DNA from: Octopus vulgaris
Taxonomy: Eukaryota
Direction: 5' to 3'
DNA: 64,000 nucleotides
Assembly (NCBI GenBank): GCA_951406725.2
Contig: OX597834.1
Location: 31,558,001 to 31,622,000, forward strand
Made by a program: the position numbers and the translations under genes. Below the pieces are notes generated by a model. That model did no database searches. It worked only from the letters and a program-made list of their open reading frames with translations, and was not told the DNA's origin. Of the stretch, positions 13,139 through 25,950 are shown one piece after another. Numbering within the stretch: position 1 is the first letter of the stretch; each line of letters opens with the position of its first letter.

Positions 13139-13604
13139 CCTCCCCCACCCCCACATACACAAAAAAAATCTGCTTCCATATTTCCTTTTTTCATTCCTTC
13201 AAAGCCCTTACTTATGAAAAACAGTTAGACATTTCTTTCCTCCCCAACCCTGTCTTTTGTTTTCACCCCTCACAGGAAGACATCACATTCTAAAATACCT
13301 TCTCTGAGAGAGAGAGAGAAAGCATCTAAATGGTAGCTTAACTTGTTAGAAAGTGCAGCTGAATCTCTCTCCCCTGAATTACATTCTGCATCCTTGAATA
13401 ATAAATGAAAAACTTTGGGATACACACATCAGATAAAGTAGTCTTAAGTAGCCCTTAAAAGGACTTGATGGGCCTGACTAGAATGCACCTGATCCTTTTG
13501 TTATTATATAGGTACAAGTATGGCTGTGTGGAGGCACGTGGCTTACTTGTTAGGGGTGTTGGACTATAGAAATGATTATAGTAGTAGAGAAATCACTGGC
13601 ATAT

Positions 13605-13881
13605 AACTAAGTGACGGGGACGTAAACAAACCAGCATCGGTTGTCAAGTAATGCTAGGGGGACAAACACAGACATACAAACACGTACACACACATTTATA
13701 TATATATATACATATATACAACAGGCTTCTTTCAGTTTCCATCTACCAAATCCACTCACAAGGCATTGGTCAGCCCGAGGCTATAGCAGAAAACACTTGC
13801 CCAAGGTGCCACGCAGTGGGACTGAACCCAGCACCATGTGGTTTGTTAGCAAGCTACTTACCACACTGCCTCTCCTGCGCC
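13605..13881 (-). mobile_element. SINE family A
   Basis: Reverse complement of head and body (GGCGCAGGAG...GGGTTCAGTCCCACTGCGTGGCACC). Confidence 0.85.
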
Positions 13882-14132
13882 TATATATATATATAATACA
13901 TTTTGGGAAGAGTTTATCTTGAAGTGCACACATATAGCTATAAACAATAGCATAGAAATATTGGTTTGAAAGACCCACTGGGATTTTCTAACTAAAAGGA
14001 TTTTTATAGCTGAACATTTATAGGCTATTGTTTATAGCTTTATGTGTGTGCTTTGAGATCCACTATTCCAGAAAGAATCATTTCACCTTCTCCCAAAAGT
14101 TTATAAAACTTCTTATGAACATTATTTACATT

Positions 14133-14202
14133 ATGGCATAGTGGTTAAAAGTGCAGTCTACTAATCCCAGGATTCTGAGTTCGATTCCAGGCAGTGACCT
14201 GG

Positions 14203-14254
<52 letters not shown>

Positions 14255-14690
14255 CATCGAAAAATACCTTAGGGATGAAAAACCGGGTTCAAAATTTCTC
14301 CAAGATACCTGATGAAGGCTGGAGGGTATATCAGCTGAAGGCGGCGAGCTGGCAGAACGTTAGCGCGCCGGGCGAAATGCTTTGTGGTATTTCGTCTGTC
14401 TTTACGTTCTGTGTTCAAATTCTGCTGAGGTTGACTTTGCCTTTCATCCTTTCGGGGTTGATAAATAAAGTACCAGTTACACACTGGGGTCGATATAATC
14501 GACTTATTCCGTTTGCCTGTCCTTGTTTGTCCCTTCTGTGTTTAGCCCCTTGTGGGTAATAAAGAAATGGGTATATCAGCTGAAACGTTGTGTTAACAAT
14601 GAACAAGATAAGGACAAATATCCGTCAAAATGTAAATAATGTAAATAATGCACATAATTCCTCATTCCTTAAATATAGAACTGTAGAATA
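14133..14690 (+). mobile_element. tRNA-headed SINE-like element with a hammerhead-containing PLE-like 3' region, split by a nested SINE
   Basis: A box TGGCATAGTGG (14134-14144), B box GAGTTCGATTCC (14177-14188), (TAA)n linker, then CTGATGA core; GAAACGTT resumes after the nested insertion. Confidence 0.65.
14340..14568 (+). mobile_element. SINE family C (Nin/Deu-like central domain), full copy with 16-bp TSD
   Basis: GGCGGCGAGCTGGCAGAACGTTAGC...GTTCAAATTC...GCCTTTCATCCTTTCGGGGTTGATAAATAAAGTACC; exact TSD GGGTATATCAGCTGAA at 14324-14339 and 14569-14584. Confidence 0.9.
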
Positions 14691-14910
14691 TTTGTATATA
14701 ATTTATATAAAAACACAAATTTCCCAAGTTGGGTTTGAACTCACAGTATTTGTCTTCAAATGGGATTTCAGCATTGTAAGCCACTTATCCAAACCATCCA
14801 CCTCAGGCTGGAACTTAAAAAACACAGAGAAAATTCTTTGTAATCAGAAATAAAGCTTTGTACATTGAAACATAGCCTCAAGGAATGTGGATGTATGTGT
14901 GTGAGTGCAT

Positions 14911-14955
<45 letters not shown>

Positions 14956-15254
14956 AGTGTGCATATATATATGTATGTGCATGTATGCTTGCATGTGTGT
15001 ATGCATGTGTGGATACACATATATGTATGCACGTGTGTGTGTGGATATATGTGTACATACATGTACTTGCATGTATGTGTTCATGTATGTGTGTGCACGT
15101 GTGTGTGTGATTCTCTGTATGTTTATGTGAGGAAAAGAATGGCAACTGCTAAAAGCTGAAAACTAAATGAACCAATCAAAAAATCAAAATAAAACACACC
15201 CAACAAATACATTAAAAAAAAGATTAAATTTGTTGTTCAACACATGTTGAACAG

Positions 15255-15630
15255 ATATGGCTGTGTGGTAAGAAGTTTGCTTCCCAACCGCATGGTTACA
15301 GGTTCAGTTCCACTGCTAGGGCAAGTGTCTTCTACCATAGCCTCGGTATATATATATATATATATATGTACATATATATATGTATATAGGTGTGGGTGTA
15401 TGTGGGTGTCTTTGTTAGTCCCCCACCACAATTTCATAACCAGTATTGGTGTGTTTATGTCCCTGTAACTTAGTGGTTCACCAAAAGAGATTGATACAAT
15501 AATTACCAGGCTTAGGAAAAAAGAAAACAAGAATAAGTGTTGAGGTCGATTGAATCAAGAAAAATTCTTCCAGGCAATGCCCCAGCATGGCCGCGATCCA
15601 ATGACTAAAATCGATAAAAGATAAAAGACA
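15255..15630 (+). mobile_element. SINE family A, diverged
   Basis: ATGGCTGTGTGGTAAG...GGTTCAGTTCC...CCCAGCATGGCCGC...AAAAGATAAAAGA. Confidence 0.8.
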
Positions 15631-15837
15631 TGATTTGTCAAACAAAAAATTTATTAAATATGTTGCTGTTGTTGTTGTTGTTTACATTCCCCCTCCCCGT
15701 TTCTTTCTTTTATTTATTTCTTCATTCATATTCTGTCTAAAATAATTTCACATTGCTATTTTTTTTTTTTCCCACAAAAAAAATATATAAAATAAACCAA
15801 GCCAAAGCATATAAATATGTTGTATTTTTCTTTCCAG

Positions 15838-16004
15838 ATCCATGGAACCTGGGGCAAAAGATTACCGACATCAAATGTTGTTGATTGTTACGGTCCTTTT
15901 GGATTGATTACAGTAAAAGCCAGTATCAGTTCGGAAGAATGTGCCAGAGATCTGGCCGAAAATATCATAAAACTTCTACCTGCTCAAACATGCCAAGTGT
16001 TAAG
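15838..16004 (+). CDS. Internal coding exon of an unidentified host gene: IHGTWGKRLPTSNVVDCYGPFGLITVKASISSEECARDLAENIIKLLPAQTCQVL(R)
   Basis: Polypyrimidine acceptor TATTTTTCTTTCCAG|ATC and donor AAG|GTAATG; 167 nt; only one frame is open; high-complexity unique sequence with globular-protein composition. Enters in phase 0 and exits in phase 2. Confidence 0.75.
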
Positions 16005-16271
16005 GTAATGCACTAATTTTCTTATTTTTACCATGGACATTTCGAGGGGAGGGGCGGTTTGTGTTGTTTTGTTTCCCCACTTTGCCCTTGCTGTATTTTT
16101 AGATATTTATTGTTCTTCATAACATCTGAGAGTAGAATAGGGGCAGATGGTGGAACTGGTACAGAGTGCTAGATCAAATGCCTCTTTTTGGTAATTAGTT
16201 ACGGTTCTTTACTCTTTGCATTCATACTTTCTGTTCCATCAAGGAAGTGGCACATATTTTATCTTTTAAAG

Positions 16272-16333
<62 letters not shown>

Positions 16334-16334
<1 letters not shown>

Positions 16335-17053
16335 CTTTGACTTTTGCTTTATATTTGTACAAGTTGGCTCCAAGTCTCACCCAGAGACCTCAAGAGACAA
16401 CAGGTTGGAAGTTCATGTTGTTGTTATGCCTAGTGTGCCATATATTTGGGGGTGGGGTTTGGTGTTGTACTAGTGAATGTCTAAAAGAAATTTAAAACAA
16501 AAAAACCCCGAAAATTATGCTTGTTTTAAACCTTGAGATTACATAGAAAGTATTTTGCGTAGGATATGAGCAGTTCCCATGAGCACTATCTTTTGAATTT
16601 CTGCCATTTTTGGGTTTCCTGGTATCTGAGTTAGGTAGCAATCAGCCCCTTTTGCTATCATTCCCAGGGCACCTATGACAACAGGTATTGTTTTAGTCTT
16701 CAGGTTCCACATTTTGCTGATTTCTATTTCAAGATCTTTATATTTGCTCAGTTTTTGGTAGGTCTTGACAGATATGTTTATATCGATTGGGACAGTCATA
16801 TTAATGAGGAGGCATGTTCTTTGTCTGAAGTCTTCCAACATGATGTCTGGCCTATTTGCATCTATCTTTCTGTCAGTTTGAATGGTAAAGTTCCAAAAGT
16901 GAGATGTAGTCATTTTCAAGCACTGGAGGTGGTTTGTGTTCCCACCAGTTTTTTTCATGGGGCAAATCCAGGTTTTTGCAAATTACCCAGTGAATATATT
17001 GTGCTGCTCTATCATGCCTGTTGAGATACTCTGTAGGCACTTGGAGACAACAT
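16334..17053 (-). mobile_element. 5'-truncated R4/Dong-type non-LTR retrotransposon (restriction-like endonuclease C-terminus plus 3' UTR), frameshifted
   Basis: Translates to EYLNRHDRAAQYIHWVICK...WWEHKP / WNFTIQTDRKIDANRPDIML...KYKDLEIEISKMW...IPVVIGALG...GTAHILRK (RHD, RPD and GALG motifs of the RLE domain); both ends abut (TAA)n. Confidence 0.85.
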
Positions 17054-17084
17054 GATTATTATTATTATTATTGTTATTATTATT

Positions 17085-17315
17085 CAATAGTCTCATTTGT
17101 ATCACGTGCTTTCATTGCACTACTGAGTGCAGCTCTGCATGTCTTGGGTATGTGCTGTGGTGCTCTTATTTTTACTGTATTGAAAGTGTTTTATGTAGGA
17201 TGTGCGCGGTGCCTTGTGGTGCTATTTTCTGTATGTTATATATACTTGTGAGTCCTGGTGTATTCGTTATGTATTTCTCTGAATGTTTTTTTTTATCACA
17301 CCTAATGCATCTGCA
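17085..17315 (-). mobile_element. Second R4/Dong-type 3' end (different family)
   Basis: DALGVIK../HSEKYITNTPGLTSIYNIQKIAPQGTAHILHKTLSIQ*, stop at 17172-17174, short UTR ending in (TAA)n at 17055-17084. Confidence 0.75.
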
Positions 17316-17764
17316 ACAACATCAATAACAACAATAACTATAATGAGTGCAACAAAAACTGCAACACCAACAATAACAACAACAAGAGCTGCTGCATCAA
17401 GGAAACTGCAACAACAATGAAAACTGTGAGAACAACTACGATTGCAAATAAAAATGTCAAAACTACAACAGCAGCTGCAACAACAAAGCTGCCACAAAAA
17501 TGATAACAACAACAACAACAACAGTTGTTGCCAATGTCAAAAATTTATTTTTAGACTGAAACCAGATATTTTCTTCTTCCATGGTCAAGGTATTCTAAAC
17601 TGTCCTTCAACAGCCAACGACGTATTGTGTTGCATCTCAAGGCCATAACTGTTTGGAACTGTGGTTGCGTTAGTTGTGCTTTGGTCAGCTCGGTGGGGAG
17701 GTGAAGAGCTGGAGAAACAGGTTCCGTTTCTTGTTGTTTCCCACAGAAGTAGTTTAGTGGTGGT

Positions 17765-17935
17765 GTTTTTTTTTGTTTTTGTTTATGTTTCTGTTTCGGT
17801 AACGGTGGAGTTAGTGGGGAGGGTGGGGGTGTTGTTTTTGTTTATGTTTCTGTTTCGGTAACGGTGAGGTTGGTGGGGAGGGTGGGGGGTGTTGTTTTTG
17901 TTTATGTTTCTGTTTCGGTAAAGGTGAGGTGGGTG
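17765..17935. repeat. Three tandem ~58-bp G/T-rich units
   Basis: TTGTTTTTGTTTATGTTTCTGTTTCGGTAA(C/A)GGTG...GGGGAGGGTGGGGGT repeated three times. Confidence 0.85.
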
Positions 17936-18087
17936 GAGTGGGTGGGTGGGTGGTAGTCGTGGTGGTAGTGGGTGGCTACCATTGGTTTTATGTTATGGGA
18001 AGTCTCTCAGCAATTATCAAGTGCTCTGCATGGAACATTGGTGTTCATCTCTGTCTTGGATGAAAACATACATTTATGGGTGGACAT

Positions 18088-18157
<70 letters not shown>

Positions 18158-18356
18158 ATATACATCCATTCATGCATGTGGTGGGGGGCACACATATGAC
18201 ACAACAACAACAACAAAAATAGCAATAACCCAACAATAACAGCAACAACAATAAGAACAAGAATAACAGCAACAGTGACAGTGACATCAACAATATCAAC
18301 AACAACAACAACAACAATTGCAGCAACAGCAACGCAACAACATCCACAATGACATC

Positions 18357-18747
18357 AGCTTGCTAACCAACCACATGGTTGCAGGTTCAGTCCCACTGCG
18401 TGGCATCTTGGGCAAGTGTCTTCTGCTATAGCCCCGGGCCGACCAATGCCTTGTGAGTGGATTTGGTAGACGGAAACTGAAAGAAGCCTGTCATATATAT
18501 GTATATATGTATATATATATATGTGTGTGTGTGTGATTGTGTGTCTGTGTTTGTCCCCCTAGCATTGCTTGACAACCGATGCTGGTGTGTTTACGTCCCT
18601 GTCACTTAGCGGTTCGGCAAAAGAAACCGATAGAATAAGTACTGGGCTTACAAAGAATAAGTCCCAGGGTCGATTTGCTCGACTAAAGGCGGTGCTCCAG
18701 CATGGCCGCAGTCAAATGACTGAAACAAGTAAAAGAGTAAAAGAGTA
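18357..18747 (+). mobile_element. SINE family A, 5'-truncated, young
   Basis: Near-identical to 9905-10270 and 61393-61766. Confidence 0.9.
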
Positions 18748-20009
18748 ATATTAACACCAACGGCAGCAACAGAAGCAACAACAGCGACAACAACATTGAC
18801 ATGACATCAACATTCTCTAAAAATGCACCACATCAAGTTGTTGCCTAAATCTAATAAGCAGAAAGCTCACAAAGTCAGAGGTGAAAGGTCACTGCTGCAT
18901 CAGAACATAGGTCGCACTGTAGAGGTCGCTTGGTCTGTTCTTATGTGTAACAGCTGCACTCACACTCACACTCACCACTGTTGTCTTTAGACGTACTCAA
19001 TACCCTTGTATGTATGTGTCATCTTTGCTGTTACAGCTTCTTATTTGCATTCATATATATGCACACACACACACACACACACGCACACACACAAACACAC
19101 ACAAACACACATACATACACACACACATACATATTTATTGATTGGTGAATCTTTCTTGGTTTTCTTTTTATATTATTTACACACATAAACATACATATGT
19201 GTTTTTGTGTGTGTATATGTGTATGTTTGTATCTATTAGGATACTATGTATGTTTATGTAATATATGTACATATACATACATATAGATAGATAGATAGAT
19301 TAGAGACAAGTATTCTCTGTATAGAATACACTTCGTAGTGGTCAAGAGGTTGGAACTTGACCAGATAGGGAAGTAAATGTAAAGAAAAGCAAATGAGTCA
19401 AGTTGATACACAAAAAATATTCTATACATTTGATACAAAAATATGTTTACATATGAAAAGGTCCGATTGCACAGAATAGAAATGATATCAAGAATTAAAG
19501 GGGTTGGAATAAGAGTCTTATGAGTTCCACGGCTGTTTCTAGGAGTTTGTTGGTCCAAAATAATGATTGTAACTGGATTCCATCATTGGATAATACCAGC
19601 TTCCTTTATCAGGGAAGAAGTTTTGTATTTGAGGTGTTGGTAGAAAGGAGATTAAAGATGGAATGATTTTGTAGAGAACTAAGTGAATTAGAAGGAGGAG
19701 CTGGGAGGTATTTAGATAGAGAATAGTGCGAGGAGGAAATAAATTTCAAGGTCAGGGGGTTATTAATGAGGTTAGCCTCACTGGACCTTGAAGCTTGAGG
19801 AGGAAATGACAAAGAACCAGGATGACTGGTGATATGTGGTGCTTAAGAAAATTTGCCGTCTTTGGCAAAACTGAGTTCTGGTAGAGTTGCACGCGTGTAT
19901 GCACACACAAACACACACACACACACAAACAAACAATCACACACACAAACACACACACACACACACACAAATACACACAAACAAACAAACAAACACACAC
20001 ACACACAAA

Positions 20010-20065
<56 letters not shown>

Positions 20066-20070
20066 AACAA

Positions 20071-20101
<31 letters not shown>

Positions 20102-20889
20102 GGCCCTTCACCTAATTTCCTTCTTTCTCAATATACCTCACTCCATTCATGAACTCTCCTAACTACAGCTTTTCCCTGATACCACTTACTTCCCCCGCAA
20201 TTCAGAACCATTCCACTGGTCAGACATTGCATTGTCAGAGATATCCTTGAAACCAGCCTCGTATCCTCCTAAACATTGGTACCATCATTGGTACAGCAAA
20301 TGCATTGTGGGGGATATTGCATTAGAAGAGAAATGTTCCAACTGCCATATTTAGCAAAGTCTGGGAAAATATTCTTTGGTCATTCTATTTTTATTAACGG
20401 TGCCTTTGTATATGACAGATTTCAGTGAATATGCTTGGTTATTTGTTGCAGTCTTTATAGGACTGGGCTGATGCAGACAACATTGATGTAAAAGTACTGG
20501 GTTTCTATGTGCACATATATCTATGTGTGCATGTATGTGCAAAATATATATATATATATATATCTAAAGAATGTGTGAATATATGTGTGTCTGTGTGTGT
20601 GTATTGCTTATATACTCATACATAATTCAACACTCACACATGTGTGTTGGATTATGTATCTGTATACGAGCAGTGCACAGACACAGACAAGTGCATGTAT
20701 GCACACATACATAGATACGTGTACGGATACGCACACGTACGGGCATGCCCAGACACACAATCAAACCCACACATACACATTTGTGAGGTGAATTTGCATA
20801 GAAAGGATGTGTGCGAACCTGTGTGCGTGTCAGAGTAAACTTTGTACTATATGGACATTTTGGGCGTGAATATATGTATTTCTACATAT

Positions 20890-20920
<31 letters not shown>

Positions 20921-20927
20921 CCCATAT

Positions 20928-20958
<31 letters not shown>

Positions 20959-21087
20959 CCCGTACCTATGCACGTATACATACATATACACATATGTATA
21001 TATATATATATACACACACACACACTCTCACACACACATATGTAAATATATTATATATACACACACACTCTCACACACACATATATG

Positions 21088-21146
<59 letters not shown>

Positions 21147-21367
21147 GTACATATACATATGTATGTATATATATCTATATATATATTTACATATATGTTT
21201 ATGGTGTGTATGAATATGTTGTACATATACAAGTATCATGTATGCATTCATTTGCCTGTATGTGTGCACATACATATATATATATACACTTTTGCATAAA
21301 CAACAGAGTATACTTATATATACATATGAATGAATACACATATAAGTACATGTATGTACATACACAC

Positions 21368-21398
<31 letters not shown>

Positions 21399-21991
21399 TA
21401 TGCACACTTACCTATATATATATATATATCCTATATATGTGTGTGTGTGTGTATACATATATATATTTATATATATATGTATATACATGTGTATGTATGT
21501 ATATATATATATCCACAACCGCACAAATATATATATATGTGTGTATGCGTTTGCGACTATATCTCTCTAAGCTTCCTCTACCTTCCCAAACCACACACAC
21601 ACACGCGCACACACACACGCGCACACACACACACGCGCACACACACACACACAGTCACACACACACACCATCTCCACCACCGCCACCGCCACCACCACCA
21701 CCACAGTGACCAGTCCAGTATTCCATTTATTTGAAGTAGCTTTTGTTTACTCTTAAATTCTTCTTGGTTCTAGAGAAAGTAAATTGGACGCACCCCCCAC
21801 CCCTCCCCATCTCTCCCCCCACCCCAACCACTGGCCTCTCTGTCTCTTTTATAAACCGCCCTCCCTCCCTCCTTCCCTACCCTCTCACCTTCTTCTCTCC
21901 CTCTCTCTTTATCTCTCCCCCCCTCTTTCTCTCTGGTGTCTCCTTTACATCTTGTTTATCATCCTCTCTCTTTCTCTTATGTCTCTTTTTA

Positions 21992-22044
<53 letters not shown>

Positions 22045-22167
22045 TGTTTTCCCTCTCTTTTTCATTCTATTTCTCTCTATATATTTGTGCACATCTATGT
22101 CTGTTGTTTATTCATATACATACATATATGTGTGTATCTGTATGTATATATATATATATATGTTATG

Positions 22168-22251
<84 letters not shown>

Positions 22252-22665
22252 AAATATATATGTATATATATATATATACATATATGTACATATATATATG
22301 TATATATTATATTTTGTGTTGTATGTGTATACATATTTATATATATATTATGTGTATGTGTACATATATATAAATAGTGCATGTGTATGTATATATATAT
22401 ATATATATATATATGCTTTATATTTCTTTTAACTCTTATTTTCTTGTTCTGTCTGACTGTCTCAAGCACAAAAAATGCACACACACACACGTACACAGGT
22501 ACATGCACACATGTACACACACATACATACCCATACATATATACATATGCACACATATATATGAAAACTATGATGATGATGACGATGGTAATGATGATGC
22601 ACATTCATATATGCGTATATATACATGTACGTTTATCTATATCTATCTATCTCTCTTTCAGTCTG

Positions 22666-22732
<67 letters not shown>

Positions 22733-23469
22733 GCACCATTTTTTGTTATTGAAACAGTCACACTCAGACACACATACACACACACACACTCACACACTCA
22801 CACACACACACACACTCACACACACACATACACACACTCACACACATTCATGCACAGGCCCACACAATAACCCCAGATAGTTAAACAGTATCACCTTGCC
22901 ACTCCATACCCAAAAAACACACACACATGCACGCACGCATGCATACACATGCACACACACACATATTCACATGTACACACATATGCACACATCTACACAC
23001 ACACATTCACTCGCACACACAGACATACATATACATATCACCACCGCAACCACCTCTGCCTCCCCTCACTCCCTCACCCTCCTTGTCTCTCTCCTTCTCT
23101 CACCCTCCCCTACCTAACCATTCTCTGTGAATCCCTTTGTGTAAGAATACTGGAATGAATCATTTGTTTTCCTAAGGAATAGAATATGGAAGACTTTAAG
23201 GAACAGAATATAATGGTAAAGGGGGAAAAAAAAACAAGAAAAAAAAAACGTACTGTGAAAAACAATACAGTTAGCAGCTAAGAAATATGGAAGTCGTGAA
23301 GGAGAAGAAATTAGAAACCAGCAAGAATATGTTGAACACATTCTAGAAAATTCTAGTGAGAGGGTGAAGTGAAAAAAAATGGTAAATCACCAGATTTTTC
23401 AGTAATTTTTAATCTTTAAATACTGACCAAAATTTGAAACTATTATCATTATCCTCCTCATCATCATCA

Positions 23470-23555
<86 letters not shown>

Positions 23556-23697
23556 ATTATTATTATGAGGTTTACTTTGCCTTTCACTGGTTTAGGACTG
23601 AGGTCAATGTAACTGACTTACCCCCTCACTCAAACTTGCTGGCCTTGTGCCAAAATTTGAAATCATCATTATTATTATTATTATAATTATCATTTTT

Positions 23698-23897
23698 AAG
23701 GCAGCAAGCTGGTAAAATCATTGGCATGCCAGGCAAAATGCTTAATGGTATTTCTGAGTTCAAATTCTGCCGAGTTCGACTTTACCTTTCATTCTTTCTG
23801 GGTCAATAAATTAAGTACCAGTGAAACACTGGGGTTGGTGTGATCAACTAGTCCCCTCCCCACAAATTTCAGGCCTTGTGCCTCCAGTAGAAAGGAT
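23698..23897 (+). mobile_element. SINE family C
   Basis: GGCAGCAAGCTGG...GAGTTCAAATTCTGCCGAG...AATAAATTAAGTACCAG...GTAGAAAGG followed by (ATT)n. Confidence 0.8.
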
Positions 23898-24164
23898 TAT
23901 TATTATTATTATTATCATCTCTACTTCCATTTCTTTTGAACTTATGACAATAACATTCCTTAGACATTTGTTTATAATAATAATAATAATAATAATGTAA
24001 TTATTGTATACAGTGCTCAGGTGCACCACATGTTCCAGTGTTATATGGTTTCCTTATTAAAATAGTAAGAAATTGAAAAGTAACCTTAAGTAATCTCCCT
24101 TGTAGATCACACACCAAAGTAGCACCCAAAAGTTAACAAGGGTCTATCCCGATATATTGTTAGA

Positions 24165-24455
24165 TTTAACCTATTTGATACCAACCTATATGACACTGCC
24201 TCTAGGTTTATGACACAGACTTCTTATCTTAAAGGTATCAAAATTGAAACCTTCTATCAGAATTTCATGTTAGTTTATGTTCCAAACACCTGCTTAATAA
24301 TGACAAAATTATTTTGCTAACATCTTCATTGTCTTCAAAGATTAATTGAAACAAAGGCAGTGTATTTCATCAAATATATGGTAACAAAAGGGTTAAAGTG
24401 ATCTAGATTAAAACCTTCCATTAAAATTTCTTGCTAATTCGTGTTCCAAACACTG
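24165..24455 (+). mobile_element. piggyBac-like MITE type 1 followed by a partial second unit
   Basis: TTAACCTATTTGATACC ... GGTAACAAAAGGGTTAA then AGTGATCTAGATTAAAACCTTCC. Confidence 0.7.
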
Positions 24456-25206
24456 GATTAGTTGTATATATATTTCTGTGTGTAAAATGACAGAATGTGG
24501 CTTGAAGGAGAATTGGCTGCTATTTCTGGAAGGGCTAACACCTTCATAGAAGCTCTCTAATTATATGTATACTTGTATTTGTGTCTGTGTATATATGTGT
24601 GTGCAGTATGGCTGAAGGGTTAAGAAATTTGCTTTGCAGCCGAGGTTCCAGGTTCAATCCCCACTGCAGGCATCTTAAGCAAATATCATTTTCTGTAGCC
24701 TCAGGTCAGTCCGATACAATTGGTGAGACGGAAACTGTATAGAAGCCTATCACATGGATTGTACCTGTAATACAAAATGTACAACATTGTCATGCATTGT
24801 CACACTTATTCTATCTGAGAATTGCTTTAAGGGTACCTGCATCTGTGGAATACTCAGTCACTTGCATGTCAATTCAGGAGCAGGTAACTCAGTACATTAA
24901 ACAATTGAATCCTCCTTGCCAAATGACAGAGATCCATGACCACCACCACCATTGTGTGCGCGTACACTTGCATGTGTGTGTGTGTGTGTGTGTGTACACA
25001 TGCATTTTGGTATGTGTTTATACATATGTAATTGCGTGTGTTTATATATGTGTTCTTGTGCACATGTGTTTGTCTGAATGGGTCAGACTGTGTGTGCGTA
25101 TGTACTTGTATGCATTTATATGTGTGCATATGCATGAGTGTGAGTGTGTGTGAGAAAGAGAGAGACAGCAGTTTGTGCAATTACAAAGCCACATACACAC
25201 ACACGC

Positions 25207-25251
<45 letters not shown>

Positions 25252-25727
25252 CCAGACTCTGTACACTTTCATCACCACAAGCCCTCATCAAGCATTCCTA
25301 TCACACACTGTCAGAATATCAAGATAATATTTTAGAAGCACTGCCACTGCACCAGTGTTATATCTTTGTTATCACACACCACCAGGATATCAGGATTATT
25401 GTTGTTGCTGTTGTTGTTATTGTTGTTGTTGTTATTGTTTTTTTTTAAAACATCCATTCTTTGTAAATCCTCACACTTTATGTCTGTCTTTGTATCCACC
25501 CCACCCCTACTCATCCATTGCCTTGGTGGCAAATAAGAGGAACCCTCATTGTCGTCATCATCATCATCATCATCATCATCATTATTATCATTGCTGCCGT
25601 TGTCATTGCCATAAAATGGTGAACTGACAGAATTGTTAGCACCCCAGGTAAAATGCTTTGCAAGATTTCTTCCAACCTTAGGTTCAAATGCCACCAAGGC
25701 ATACATGTGTGTGTTTGTGTGTTTGTG

Positions 25728-25772
<45 letters not shown>

Positions 25773-25792
25773 ACATATGTGTATATGTATAT

Positions 25793-25850
<58 letters not shown>

Positions 25851-25904
25851 TCATCATTTAGCGTCCGCTTTCCATGCTAGCATGGGTTTTATATATATAT
25901 ATAT

Positions 25905-25950
<46 letters not shown>

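Noticed and set aside
19250-19850. Host exon or intact LINE
   Set aside because: Only a faint CR1-like RNSRG(T)H trace with many disruptions; too degenerate to call.
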